Shown here one piece after another: positions 19,802-28,340 of a DNA stretch of 64,000 nt (positions are counted from its first letter, which is position 1; the number at the start of each line of letters is the position of its first letter). The stretch is from Patescibacteria group bacterium (lineage in GTDB: Bacteria; Patescibacteriota; Patescibacteriia; Patescibacteriales; UBA12465). The notes beneath the pieces are model-generated. The model searched no databases. It had not been told where the DNA came from and saw nothing but the letters and a program-made list of their open reading frames with translations. Position numbers and translations under genes: made by a program. The DNA lies in NCBI GenBank assembly GCA_041658665.1, contig JBAZZR010000001.1, forward strand, positions 384,576-448,575. The letters run 5' to 3'.

Positions 19802-19900
19802 GCGTCGAATCTGACCTTGGGAGCAGATAAAAATACTAGCATAAAATGCTAGTATTTTTATTTCAGCATGGCTCTAGGATTCGGACAGGTTAGAAGCGAG
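19802..19900 (+). repeat. Best-preserved direct repeat of the tRNA 3' end, terminator and downstream sequence
   Basis: About 100 nt align colinearly with 11846-11947: GTCGAATCTGACCTTGGGAGCA, then hairpin ATACTAGC/GCTAGTAT, TTTTTATTTC, then AGGATTCGGACAGGTTAGAAGCGA. The hairpin stem shows compensatory changes relative to the tRNA terminator. Confidence 0.65.
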
Positions 19901-19973
19901 CTTAGCCAAAGGTCAGTATACTAAAAGTGACTAAAGCCTATTTTGTGTTATAATAGATAGATAAACTCAAAAT

Positions 19974-20792
19974 ATGAACAGATTATTATCAATGTTGGGA
20001 CATAAAATCAAAGAATTAGTGCAGTATCCTTTATTTATCTTAGAGGATATTTTATCGATTGTGCGTAATATAACTAATATAAATTTGCAATCGGCCTTTC
20101 TTAAAACTCGGGCCGATGGCTATCGTTTGGCCGGTTATTACTGGAAAGTATTTTATCCCACTTTTGACGGCTGGGCTTTGACAAAATCTTCTTTAAGATA
20201 TTTCTGTGGCGAGTTTTTTAAAGCGCCGGCTCATACCTCTATCTTTGAATTGGGTAGTGGCGCTTCTACTATTTTTTGGAAAAATTTGATGGAGGGAAAC
20301 GACCTGGGAATAAAAGTTGTATCTTTAGAGCATGATGTCGATTGGCACAGAAAGGTAACGGCCGATCTAGGGGAAACACGCCAGGCCTCCGTCTGCCTTA
20401 GCGAGCTGAGATGTTTGCGTCAGGATAAGAGAGACTTGATTTTCGGCAATCCGGATCAGGCCGAAGCTAATTTTTATCAAAACAGTGATACGGTTCGGGC
20501 GGACGTTGCCAAGACCACACAGATTGATAATTTTTTTTATGATATTAGGGCGTTGGGTAGTAGTCTAAGTAAAATAGACGGCCTGATAGTCGATGGCCCG
20601 CACGGCGGCGGTCGCTCTCTGGCTTTTCCTTTGCTTTATAAATTCATACATGCGGGAACCGTTATTCTGATAGATGATTTTGATGACTATCCCTTTTTAT
20701 CCGACCTGAGCCGGATATTTAAGTTTAAGATTGTTAAGCAGTCTATTCCCGGTCTCAGTTTGAAACGGTGGATTATTGTGAAGATTTTATAG
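19974..20792 (+). CDS. Putative class I SAM-dependent methyltransferase-fold protein
   Basis: 272 aa. FELGSGASTIFW resembles SAM-binding motif I, and an LIVDGPHGGG / ILIDDFDD pattern follows. Tentative. Confidence 0.4.
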   Translation: MNRLLSMLGHKIKELVQYPLFILEDILSIVRNITNINLQSAFLKTRADGYRLAGYYWKVFYPTFDGWALTKSSLRYFCGEFFKAPAHTSIFELGSGASTIFWKNLMEGNDLGIKVVSLEHDVDWHRKVTADLGETRQASVCLSELRCLRQDKRDLIFGNPDQAEANFYQNSDTVRADVAKTTQIDNFFYDIRALGSSLSKIDGLIVDGPHGGGRSLAFPLLYKFIHAGTVILIDDFDDYPFLSDLSRIFKFKIVKQSIPGLSLKRWIIVKIL

Positions 20793-20960
20793 ATTTTTAG
20801 TCTATTTATTTTTCTTAATAAGATAGTTCCTTATTTACAAAAAAGAGAAGTGTTTTGCTTCTAGGTTATTCCAAGGAGTGGTTATTAAGAAGATTGTGAA
20901 GTATGTTCATATTTATCTAAAACCGTTCCAATTATTCCAAACTCCGAATTCTATAAACAT

Positions 20961-21500
20961 ATGAGTGTCAAAATAATTTATTTTGTCCATGGCACAACCA
21001 CGGACAATGAGACGGGCAAGTGCACTGGTTGGGCTGGTGGAGAATTGTCCGAATTAGGCATTATACAGGCTAAGGAGCTAAAAAATCAGATCAAAGAGAG
21101 GGATTTCCAAGTGATGTTCTGTTCCGATCTAAAAAGAGCGATTGATTCGGCTAATTTAGGTTTTCAAGGCGATTATAAGATTATTCAAGATGAAAGATTG
21201 AGAGAATGTAATTATGGCGATTTAACTCAGACTGATGAAAGTTTGGTTGATTATATGAAACAGATAAATACTCCATTTCCAGACGGCGAATCGATGAAAG
21301 ATGTCGAGAAAAGGATGAGAGATTTCATCGATTACTTGAAAAGGGAATATGACGGCAAATTTGTCGCTATTATGGCACATAAGGCACCACAATTAGCTTT
21401 GGATGTAATATTAAATGGTAAAACCTGGGAACAGGCAATTAATGAGGACTGGCGCAATAAGAAGGCTTGGCAACCGGGCTGGATTTATAATATTAATTAA
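20961..21500 (+). CDS. Histidine phosphatase (phosphoglycerate mutase-like) family protein
   Basis: 179 aa. IYFVHGTTTDNE in place of the RHG motif (the Arg is absent), then SDLKRA and a later MAHKAP His. Confidence 0.65.
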   Translation: MSVKIIYFVHGTTTDNETGKCTGWAGGELSELGIIQAKELKNQIKERDFQVMFCSDLKRAIDSANLGFQGDYKIIQDERLRECNYGDLTQTDESLVDYMKQINTPFPDGESMKDVEKRMRDFIDYLKREYDGKFVAIMAHKAPQLALDVILNGKTWEQAINEDWRNKKAWQPGWIYNIN

Positions 21501-21504
21501 ATTT

Positions 21505-22845
21505 ATGGATGCGGACATAAAAAATAATAATGACAATTTTAATACTATGAAAAAATTATTTTTTAGACACTTTTGGTGGCTTGGACTTGGTATTATAATA
21601 ATGTTGATCGTTTTCGGTATAATCATTAATGATGCCCACAAAAAAGATGAAAATAAATTTGATGACAAAAAGGGAGTAGGTCAAGAACAGAATATTGCTT
21701 TAGCCGAAAATCTTCCTGTTTGTCCGGCCGACACTTCCGGGCTTTTTACTAAGCCGTTCATGGATGGTGATAAACCGGACATGATTATCCCGCTCGGCCA
21801 TTCGAGCCTGTCCGGCCACGTTGTTCCCACCGACCATGTTTATCCAAACAACAATATTTTTGTCCCAGATATGCCGATCTATGCGCCGGGAAGAATAACT
21901 TTAATCTGGATAGAAAATAAACAAATGTACTATAAGGAAACCAATGAAAAAGTCGCCCCTGATTATCAGCTCAACTTTGCACCTTGCCGCGGTATTAATT
22001 TAACCTTTATTCATCTCACAAAATTATCAGACAAATTATCATCGGCCATCACGGAAAAAGTGGATTCCAACTGTGATGACTCTCAAAAAATGGATTTCGG
22101 TACCAGAAATGGAGCTCCAATATATTACAAAACTTGCCATCCAAAGTTTGTTCAAGTCACACTGGAACCAGGTGAACTTATAGGCTATTTCGGATTTACT
22201 GATAGGGTAGGAAAATCACAGGTCAACTTTGATATTGGTATCTATGACTTTAACAAACCAGCCTTGGCTTTTGTTAACCCTGATAGATATTATAACGAAA
22301 CTAACCATACCGCTTGTTTTACCGACTATTATGTACCGGAACTGCGAGCGAAATACGAGGCGAAGTTCGGTAGCAATGATAATAATAATGGCCAGCTATC
22401 ATTTTTACAGCGCACTACTGAACCGGTTTGCGGTCAGGTAATGTATGATATCGCCGGTACGGCGGCTGGTTCCTGGTTTAAAAATCCTCTAGAAAAATGG
22501 AACATCACCGATCAGGACGCCCTCGCGCTAATTCATGATAATTTAAAACCAGAATTAGTCAAAATGTCGATGGCTGGTATCACGAGTTATACTTTCACAC
22601 CGACTCACTCCGGCACTACCAATCGGGAATTCTCCGAAGTGAATGCCGACAATAAGATCTACTACTATCAAAGTGACGATAATTTTGATGGCTCTTATTT
22701 AGATAAAGACGGCAAGACGATTACCAAAGAGGGGTTTAAATATTTGTTGCAGTTAGTTGATGACATCCATCTCAAAGCCGAAGTTCAATCTGGCACCTGC
22801 GACACAAACGAATCATTTAAAAATCCTTATATATTTGAAAGGTAA
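21505..22845 (+). CDS. Membrane-anchored extracytoplasmic protein, function unknown
   Basis: The track ORF starts at 21415, inside the previous gene. In-frame ATG 21505 gives MDADIK... with a single N-terminal TM helix and a Cys-containing exported domain. Confidence 0.55.
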   Translation: MDADIKNNNDNFNTMKKLFFRHFWWLGLGIIIMLIVFGIIINDAHKKDENKFDDKKGVGQEQNIALAENLPVCPADTSGLFTKPFMDGDKPDMIIPLGHSSLSGHVVPTDHVYPNNNIFVPDMPIYAPGRITLIWIENKQMYYKETNEKVAPDYQLNFAPCRGINLTFIHLTKLSDKLSSAITEKVDSNCDDSQKMDFGTRNGAPIYYKTCHPKFVQVTLEPGELIGYFGFTDRVGKSQVNFDIGIYDFNKPALAFVNPDRYYNETNHTACFTDYYVPELRAKYEAKFGSNDNNNGQLSFLQRTTEPVCGQVMYDIAGTAAGSWFKNPLEKWNITDQDALALIHDNLKPELVKMSMAGITSYTFTPTHSGTTNREFSEVNADNKIYYYQSDDNFDGSYLDKDGKTITKEGFKYLLQLVDDIHLKAEVQSGTCDTNESFKNPYIFER

Positions 22846-22866
22846 ATTTATACGCTTTATTAGTAA

Positions 22867-22898
22867 GGTCGTTCTGACTATATCTCAATCTCAGCGCA
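22867..22898 (+). repeat. Degenerate junction module copy (tRNA-3'-end-like)
   Basis: GGTCGTTCTGACTATATCTCAATCTCAGCGCA keeps the tRNA variable-loop/T-stem start GGTCGT and resembles the copies at 12700 and 14966. Confidence 0.35.
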
Positions 22899-22901
22899 GC
22901 A

Positions 22902-22931
22902 TTGACAAAAAATATTCCAATGTGATATATT
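22902..22931 (+). promoter_or_regulatory. Reiterated promoter module, copy E (diverged)
   Basis: TTGACAAAAAATAT...TGTGATATATTTTTTTATTG, with TTGACA plus TATATT at an 18-nt spacer. Confidence 0.45.
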
Positions 22932-22981
22932 TTTTTATTGATCTTTAAAATTAATGTTTAATTAGAATAGGAGAAAAAGTA

Positions 22982-23047
22982 ATGGAAGAAAATAATCTTT
23001 GTTGTCTTGTTGATCATAACAATGATCACGTAACTCTAAATTCTTAG
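22982..23047 (+). CDS. Possible 21-aa micro-ORF (MEENNLCCLVDHNNDHVTLNS)
   Basis: AGGAG lies 8 nt upstream of the ATG, and the ORF is downstream of promoter copy E. Too short to assess by composition. Confidence 0.25.
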   Translation: MEENNLCCLVDHNNDHVTLNS

Positions 23048-23088
23048 TAATTGAACTTCGGAACGAGTGGTGCTAGTATTAAAATAGT

Positions 23089-23262
23089 ATGAAAAAAAAT
23101 TATAAAAAAATACTATATTTTGTTTTAGCCATATTATTTGGTGTGTTTATGTTTGTATACGGCGAATTTGATGATAGTCCTGGTGGGCAACTGATAGGGC
23201 TAATAGCGTTTATTATCGGTGTTATTGGCCTCATAATGAGCAGGCAGAAGACTTCTGATTAA
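23089..23262 (+). CDS. Possible 57-aa two-TM membrane protein
   Basis: ORF below the track cut-off: MKKNYKKILYFVLAILFGVFMFVY...LIGLIAFIIGVIGLIMSRQKTSD. Two clear hydrophobic helices. No obvious SD. Confidence 0.35.
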   Translation: MKKNYKKILYFVLAILFGVFMFVYGEFDDSPGGQLIGLIAFIIGVIGLIMSRQKTSD

Positions 23263-23284
23263 ATTACTGTTCTTTTATCGTTTG

Positions 23285-23314
23285 CAAAATAGCACTTTTT
23301 GTACTATTTTTGTT
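23285..23314 (+). terminator. Terminator hairpin of the AAAATAGCAC family
   Basis: AAAATAGCAC-TTTTT-GTACTATTTT. One mismatch relative to the copies at 14461 and 15001. Confidence 0.5.
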
Positions 23315-23329
23315 ATATAAACTAAAAAT

Positions 23330-23668
23330 ATGAATTGGCAATCCAGTTTTAAAAAAGGTAAAGAGATTATATTATCCACTTCTTCAAAAAATAATATTCC
23401 TAATGCTAATATTGTTATTTCTTTAGGTTTTATTAGAAATAAGTTGTTAATAGCGGATTGTCAAATGAAGAACACAATAAAAAATTTAAAAGCAAATAAT
23501 CATATTTGTGTTATTGGCGGATATTTTAGAATTAAAGGAAAGGTTAATATTTTTTCTTCCGGAAAATATTTTGATATTTGCGTTAAAAATAGTGCTAACT
23601 ATAAAGTTAAAAATGCTATTTTAATAACTATAAAAGAGGTCTTTGATCTAAACATATGTCAAGAATAA
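23330..23668 (+). CDS. Pyridoxamine 5'-phosphate oxidase-like (FMN-binding split barrel) family protein
   Basis: 112 aa. The pattern KEIILSTSSKNNIPNANIV...IADCQMKNTIKNLKANNHICV resembles small PNPOx-like proteins. Tentative. Confidence 0.45.
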   Translation: MNWQSSFKKGKEIILSTSSKNNIPNANIVISLGFIRNKLLIADCQMKNTIKNLKANNHICVIGGYFRIKGKVNIFSSGKYFDICVKNSANYKVKNAILITIKEVFDLNICQE

Positions 23669-23934
23669 TTACTAAAAAAGTTCTCCCTGAATATTTCCAA
23701 GATATTCTAGACGGAAAAAAGAAATATGAGCTAAGACTTAATGATTTTGAGATTGAGCCAGGTGACACTTTAATTTTAGAAGAGTATACTTCGACTGATC
23801 CAAACGTAAGACAGGCTACTGGCAGAGTAATTGAAAAACAAGTCACCTATCTAAGAAAATTTAAGTTACAAGATTTGTGGTGGAGTGAAAAAGATGTTAA
23901 AGAGAAGGGGGTTCAAATAATTTCCTTTAAATAA
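23656..23934 (+). CDS. ASCH/DUF3850-like domain protein
   Basis: 92 aa. VLPEYFQDILDGKKKYELRLNDFEIEPGDTLILEEY matches my recollection of the DUF3850 (ASCH-like) pattern. 13-nt overlap with the previous ORF. Confidence 0.55.
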   Translation: MSRIITKKVLPEYFQDILDGKKKYELRLNDFEIEPGDTLILEEYTSTDPNVRQATGRVIEKQVTYLRKFKLQDLWWSEKDVKEKGVQIISFK

Positions 23935-24028
23935 TATAACCATTTAATATTTGAGTATTATTAAACATTTTTAAATTTTTACTTATAGTTAGTCCTCCAA
24001 TCCAAAGCTATAAACACGTTTAGTATAT

Positions 24029-24074
24029 GGAGCTCCGATAAAAAATAGACTAATATTAGTTTATTTTTTATTTT
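24029..24074 (+). repeat. Junction module copy (tRNA acceptor-end-like GGAGCT plus terminator)
   Basis: GGAGCTCCGATAAAAAATAGACTAATATTAGTTTATTTTTTATTTT parallels GGGAGCTAAATAAAAATAGAGGCTAATAGCCTCTATTTTTATTTC at the true tRNA end. Confidence 0.4.
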
Positions 24075-24078
24075 ATTA

Positions 24079-24107
24079 TTGACATATATTAAATTTAGTT
24101 GTAAAAT
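24079..24107 (+). promoter_or_regulatory. Sigma-70-type promoter for the 211-aa orphan
   Basis: TTGACA, 17-nt spacer, TAAAAT. Confidence 0.5.
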
Positions 24108-24192
24108 TTTATGATGCTTAATTATATGGCATAACCTAAATCTGTCAGGTAAAGTACAGACTAATAGTAATTTAAAAAAAGAGCTGTGTGCG

Positions 24193-24828
24193 ATGGGAAA
24201 CATTGTAAGCAGTCGTAAGTTAAGTGTTCATAAAGAACACGAAGTTCTTCAGAAGTTAGAGGATGGTGGGTTGAATGATCGAATTGCTCAGTACATTATT
24301 GAGAGCAAGGAAAATAAAATTGCTAAAAAATTAATTTCTCGGGCGGAGGAATTGATCATTGAAGAAACGGTATTTAAAATAATACCTTTTGTTTCGTTTT
24401 CTTCTCTTGAAGAAGGGAAGGAATTCACAATAATCCACCCGAAAATTAAAAGCGGTGAGTTCTTGGCCCAGCTGCCTTTGATGGATGCTCATGGAATGGA
24501 CGTGATTTTACTTAAATGTAGTTATCGGCATCTTGCAAATTCTATGTATCAAAAATTTCGTTTTATTTCCGCTGCTCATTTAGTAGTTTTGGGCAAGAAT
24601 TATCCTGAAGTAGTAAAAGTATGCAGACATATTATGTCTCTTGACCCTAGTTGCCATTTAGGAGGAACCCCTAACAAACAATATGGGATGAAACATAGGG
24701 AATTCCTCACTCTTAATTATTTTGATGTTTACCAACATTTAGTAAATCCGGGTTCTACTCTTTCATTTGAAAGGGAAAAATTTGGCGATGATGCTAATGT
24801 TTGGTTCGCAGTGACTCCAATTAGTTAG
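24193..24828 (+). CDS. Hypothetical protein (orphan 1)
   Basis: 211-aa ORF with its own promoter and terminator. No motif recognised. The N-terminus is MGNIVSS. Confidence 0.6.
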   Translation: MGNIVSSRKLSVHKEHEVLQKLEDGGLNDRIAQYIIESKENKIAKKLISRAEELIIEETVFKIIPFVSFSSLEEGKEFTIIHPKIKSGEFLAQLPLMDAHGMDVILLKCSYRHLANSMYQKFRFISAAHLVVLGKNYPEVVKVCRHIMSLDPSCHLGGTPNKQYGMKHREFLTLNYFDVYQHLVNPGSTLSFEREKFGDDANVWFAVTPIS

Positions 24829-24836
24829 CCTAGAAG

Positions 24837-24870
24837 GTCCTAATCAGCGTATATGATTAGGACTTTCTTC
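24837..24870 (+). terminator. Intrinsic terminator
   Basis: GTCCTAATC-N9-GATTAGGAC hairpin followed by TTTCTTC. Confidence 0.6.
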
Positions 24871-24978
24871 AAATAACCGGACTCTCAAAACTAGCTTTAA
24901 TTAATGGATAGATATCATAAATTCGAGAAATATATGATTTTTTATTTCAACAAGTAAATTCAACACTCTCGAACCAAA

Positions 24979-25007
24979 TTGACAAAAATATAGTTCCATG
25001 CTATATT
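24979..25007 (+). promoter_or_regulatory. Reiterated promoter module, copy A
   Basis: TTGACAAAAATATAGTTCCATGCTATATT: TTGACA, 17-nt spacer, extended -10 TGCTATATT, then a T-run. Confidence 0.55.
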
Positions 25008-25142
25008 TTTTTCATTATATAGTTATTTAATAAAAAATGTCCGATTAGTTTATCGGTTAGTATTTATTGAATTATCTAAGCTCCTCTAATCTGGGCGTTT
25101 AGACAGTTCAATAAATATTAATTAAATTAATCGGAGTTAATA

Positions 25143-26738
25143 ATGGAAAATAGTGTAGTTAGTTCCTATTCGGATTTGCTTGATAAGACGAATCTGATAT
25201 TTGTTAAGCTTTTGGAGTGGGAAAGTAAGGAAGATATTGAGCCAAAATATTATATGCAGCGGCTTGAAGAGAATCCTGTCCAGACTATGAGCTTAAGAAT
25301 AGTTCCCAGCGCAGTAGTCTTTTTTCTAAAAAGATTATTTTGTATTTTAACCGGCATGATTGCCGAGAAAGCGATGTTGGAGATCGATAAAAAAACTGAG
25401 ACAAGATTATTAAAAAATATGGTCTGGGCAGGAGTTTATGCCCTAGATCTATTAAAGAGTAGTTTATCTCAGTACAGTGGCATAAAATGTTTGTCAGTAT
25501 CTAATAATAAATTGACCTGCACCTTTAAGTCTCCTTTAGACCTGGGTGCGGTTAAAGACATTCTTAGCGATCCTTATTCGAGTATTAATCAATTAGTGGT
25601 TGAAAGACGAGAGGAGAATAGAATTCTTAATTATTATTTGATGATTGACGGACGGGACGTCCTAGTAGTCTCGAATTATAGTATTAGTTTCATATATAAA
25701 GTCACGTCCGATGATTGGGAAGAATATCTACAGATGTTTGTAGAGATTATCGCTCGTGTTCATCGCGATTTACTTTATCGAGAAGGTCTTAGAAACGTAT
25801 TTATGAATACCTATAATGCCTTCTATCGTTTAATGTCTCCTGAAATGTTCAATGATAGTGAATTAACGTCATGGTTTGAAAGCGTTAGGAAACTGGTACT
25901 TGCAGGAGGAATACAGAAAGATAAGTCATTTTCTGAAACAAAAAAATCGAGACTTTATCATAAAACTGATAAACTCTATCGATTGGTACAACCACTGTCT
26001 CATCTAAACTATATAGTCGTCTGTCCGGACAAGAAGGAACTCTATATTAGTTTTAGACCATTTTTTGATTTTAAGGCGATTGGAGAATATTTAGGAAAAA
26101 CCAATTTGTCGCTAGATCAAAGAAAAGAAGACGTGGAGTACAAAAAGGTTCTAAAGAAAGGAGCCGGGCGTCGAAAATCTGAAGGGATTATACATGTTAC
26201 ATTCAATGATGTTATTAATCAGAAGAAACAAAGGATCGCTTCGTTCGACGGCCAATCGATTATTGTTTTGTATTTAGCTGATCAAGAAATTTTTGCAGAA
26301 GGACTCCAATTATTTAATTATATATACTATAATTGGATTTATTATACCTCCTGGATTCCAACCGCGGATGTTCCGCATTCTGACTTAGATAGTGTTGATA
26401 GAACAGTAATTACCAATATTGATATTTTATTTCATATTTATTCAACATTTTTGGGCGTTATCTTAAGTAAAGAATATTTTCGCTCAGATCGTATGAATAC
26501 CTTAACGACGAAAGAATGGTTGATTAATTTTTTAAGTATTGATCCCGCCCTTCGTTATGAAGAGAAAATGTTGCATTTATTACAGTTCATGAAAGACAAA
26601 ATTAATTTGCAGGAATTTTTAAGTCATACGACGGGGGATAGTTTCGAAGATGATGAAGCTAGAAAAAGGTTAATCGATTTATATGCTAAATTGTGTTCGC
26701 AATTATCGCTTACTCAGGCGTATGTAAATTCATTGTGA
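25143..26738 (+). CDS. Hypothetical protein (orphan 2)
   Basis: 531-aa ORF. No recognisable catalytic motif. Apparent internal duplication (see findings). Confidence 0.65.
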   Translation: MENSVVSSYSDLLDKTNLIFVKLLEWESKEDIEPKYYMQRLEENPVQTMSLRIVPSAVVFFLKRLFCILTGMIAEKAMLEIDKKTETRLLKNMVWAGVYALDLLKSSLSQYSGIKCLSVSNNKLTCTFKSPLDLGAVKDILSDPYSSINQLVVERREENRILNYYLMIDGRDVLVVSNYSISFIYKVTSDDWEEYLQMFVEIIARVHRDLLYREGLRNVFMNTYNAFYRLMSPEMFNDSELTSWFESVRKLVLAGGIQKDKSFSETKKSRLYHKTDKLYRLVQPLSHLNYIVVCPDKKELYISFRPFFDFKAIGEYLGKTNLSLDQRKEDVEYKKVLKKGAGRRKSEGIIHVTFNDVINQKKQRIASFDGQSIIVLYLADQEIFAEGLQLFNYIYYNWIYYTSWIPTADVPHSDLDSVDRTVITNIDILFHIYSTFLGVILSKEYFRSDRMNTLTTKEWLINFLSIDPALRYEEKMLHLLQFMKDKINLQEFLSHTTGDSFEDDEARKRLIDLYAKLCSQLSLTQAYVNSL

Positions 26739-26750
26739 GTATTTTTTATG

Positions 26751-26781
26751 GCTCCTGTCAGTTTTTTGACAGGAGTTTTTT
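26751..26781 (+). terminator. Intrinsic terminator
   Basis: CTCCTGTCA-N6-TGACAGGAG hairpin followed by TTTTTT. Confidence 0.75.
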
Positions 26782-26829
26782 AATATATGTGTATATTCCT
26801 TATTATATTTGATAGAATTTCGACGTGAT

Positions 26830-26858
26830 TTGACAGAATTATATTAGTATGATACATT
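26830..26858 (+). promoter_or_regulatory. Reiterated promoter module, copy D
   Basis: TTGACAGAATTATATTAGTATGATACATT, followed by the conserved TTATTACTTTAACAA leader. Confidence 0.5.
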
Positions 26859-26880
26859 AATTTATTACTTTAACAAACGT

Positions 26881-26928
26881 TTATAACCATCTTTTTGAGT
26901 ATTGAGATGCTTAGAAAGATGGTTATAA
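26881..26928 (+). promoter_or_regulatory. 5'-UTR hairpin (14-bp perfect stem) ahead of orphan 3
   Basis: TTATAACCATCTTT (26881-94) pairs perfectly with AAAGATGGTTATAA (26915-28). It lies between the promoter and the AAGGAG RBS. Confidence 0.45.
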
Positions 26929-26974
26929 GTTATATAAATAAAATAATTCATAAAATAATTCAAGGAGATCTAAA

Positions 26975-28168
26975 ATGAAACTAGTAGCTAATAGTGGCGC
27001 GACTGGTAATGCAACGCTAGCAATCAGATGGTGTTTGGAGGATGAGGAAATTTCGGCATTGCGTGAATTAGTAATTACTGATCCTTACATTTTATTTGTT
27101 GTTGTTCATAAGCATGAAAATGTTGATCGGAAACTGGTTCGTCTCAACGAACTAATGGTTTTTTTGCCTCTTAATAATCCAGGTGATAATACGGTGTTCG
27201 CTACGATTGTTTGGCATAAGACTAAAAAGAAATTGGACGAATGGTGTCTGGAGAGGAATAAATATGGGTGTTATAAAACTGATTTTTATGACATTGAAGA
27301 TGATTCATTACGACATGGCGATTTAGGAAAAACCCGGATGGAGGTTAATGTTTCATCGGAATTTTTTGCTAAAGAACCGCCGGCCTGGGAAAAAAAGTGG
27401 GTTAATTTATGGTTTGGTGGGAAAAGGGCGCGTAATAGTTGCGATTATGGTAAACGCCGTATGCTGGCTTATTCGGTTCAGCCGATTCCGGTTCTAGTGT
27501 TTATAGTATTTATTACCATTTTTCGTTTTTTGGCAGCGGCCTTTTGGATTTTAATTCGGACTAAGACTAAGGTTGATTTACGGCCTATTATTCACCCTTT
27601 TAAATACGAAAGCGATGATGTTTGGTTTTACGCTACATCAGCCCGGAATTTTTATGAAAAGGATAAAGATGGTAAAGATAGGGCAACAGCAGTCTGGCTT
27701 TATCACCCCGTAACTATCATCGTTATGGCAGTAGTACTTTTTTATATTACCATAGATCAACCCAGGTTATTTGTGAGTCTACATATTCCTTCGGTCTGGT
27801 GGGCATATATTCTATTAAGTCCCATCTTTACTACTCTGTTAGCTATTGGAGCCATTGTTGTCGCGGTAGTTATCGTCGGACTAGTAAAACTAGGTTTCTT
27901 GATTTTTAGCCGGTTTTTTCCCTCTAAAAGTGAAGAACAATCGCAGGAACTTCTCGAAGAAAAAACGGCTGAGCAAATAAAAGCCGAGCAGGAAGAAGCG
28001 GATCTTAAATTAAAGCTTAAATTAGTTGAAGATAATTTGACCTGGCTCGCCTGTAATCAAGAACAACCGGTTCCGAAACTCAGCGCTCTGCCTAGAGAAA
28101 AACGAACTGTGTATTTACACTTTTTAGATTTAAAATCAAAATGGTGTAAACCCTTCCCCGGAGTCTAA
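26975..28168 (+). CDS. Hypothetical membrane protein (orphan 3)
   Basis: 397 aa. Soluble N-terminal domain of about 170 aa, about 4 TM helices, and an acidic coiled-coil C-terminus. AAGGAG RBS. Confidence 0.65.
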   Translation: MKLVANSGATGNATLAIRWCLEDEEISALRELVITDPYILFVVVHKHENVDRKLVRLNELMVFLPLNNPGDNTVFATIVWHKTKKKLDEWCLERNKYGCYKTDFYDIEDDSLRHGDLGKTRMEVNVSSEFFAKEPPAWEKKWVNLWFGGKRARNSCDYGKRRMLAYSVQPIPVLVFIVFITIFRFLAAAFWILIRTKTKVDLRPIIHPFKYESDDVWFYATSARNFYEKDKDGKDRATAVWLYHPVTIIVMAVVLFYITIDQPRLFVSLHIPSVWWAYILLSPIFTTLLAIGAIVVAVVIVGLVKLGFLIFSRFFPSKSEEQSQELLEEKTAEQIKAEQEEADLKLKLKLVEDNLTWLACNQEQPVPKLSALPREKRTVYLHFLDLKSKWCKPFPGV

Positions 28169-28193
28169 TCGGAGTCAAGTGAATTCTTATCTC

Positions 28194-28227
28194 AAATCCC
28201 AGACTGATCAAAAGTCTGGGATTTTTA
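28194..28227 (+). terminator. Intrinsic terminator
   Basis: AATCCCAGACT-N7-AGTCTGGGATT hairpin followed by a T-run. Confidence 0.75.
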
Positions 28228-28284
28228 TTTGATTTATGCTATATTTAAAGTGGTTTACTAATTTAAACTAAATAGTTTTAATTC

Positions 28285-28310
28285 TTTTACAAAATGCTTT
28301 TAGGGATGGA
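28285..28310. repeat. Inverted repeat, left arm
   Basis: TTTTACAAAATGCTTTTAGGGATGGA. Its reverse complement matches 28730-28755 at 25 of 26 positions. Confidence 0.6.
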
Positions 28311-28340
28311 ATAAATAATAAACTGTACTCCAAAAAGGAG

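Noticed and set aside
21415-21504. N-terminal 30 codons of the track ORF 21415-22845, which overlap the histidine-phosphatase gene.
   Set aside because: This is an ORF-extension artefact. The in-frame ATG at 21505, just after the upstream stop, gives a sensible cytoplasmic tail followed by a TM helix.
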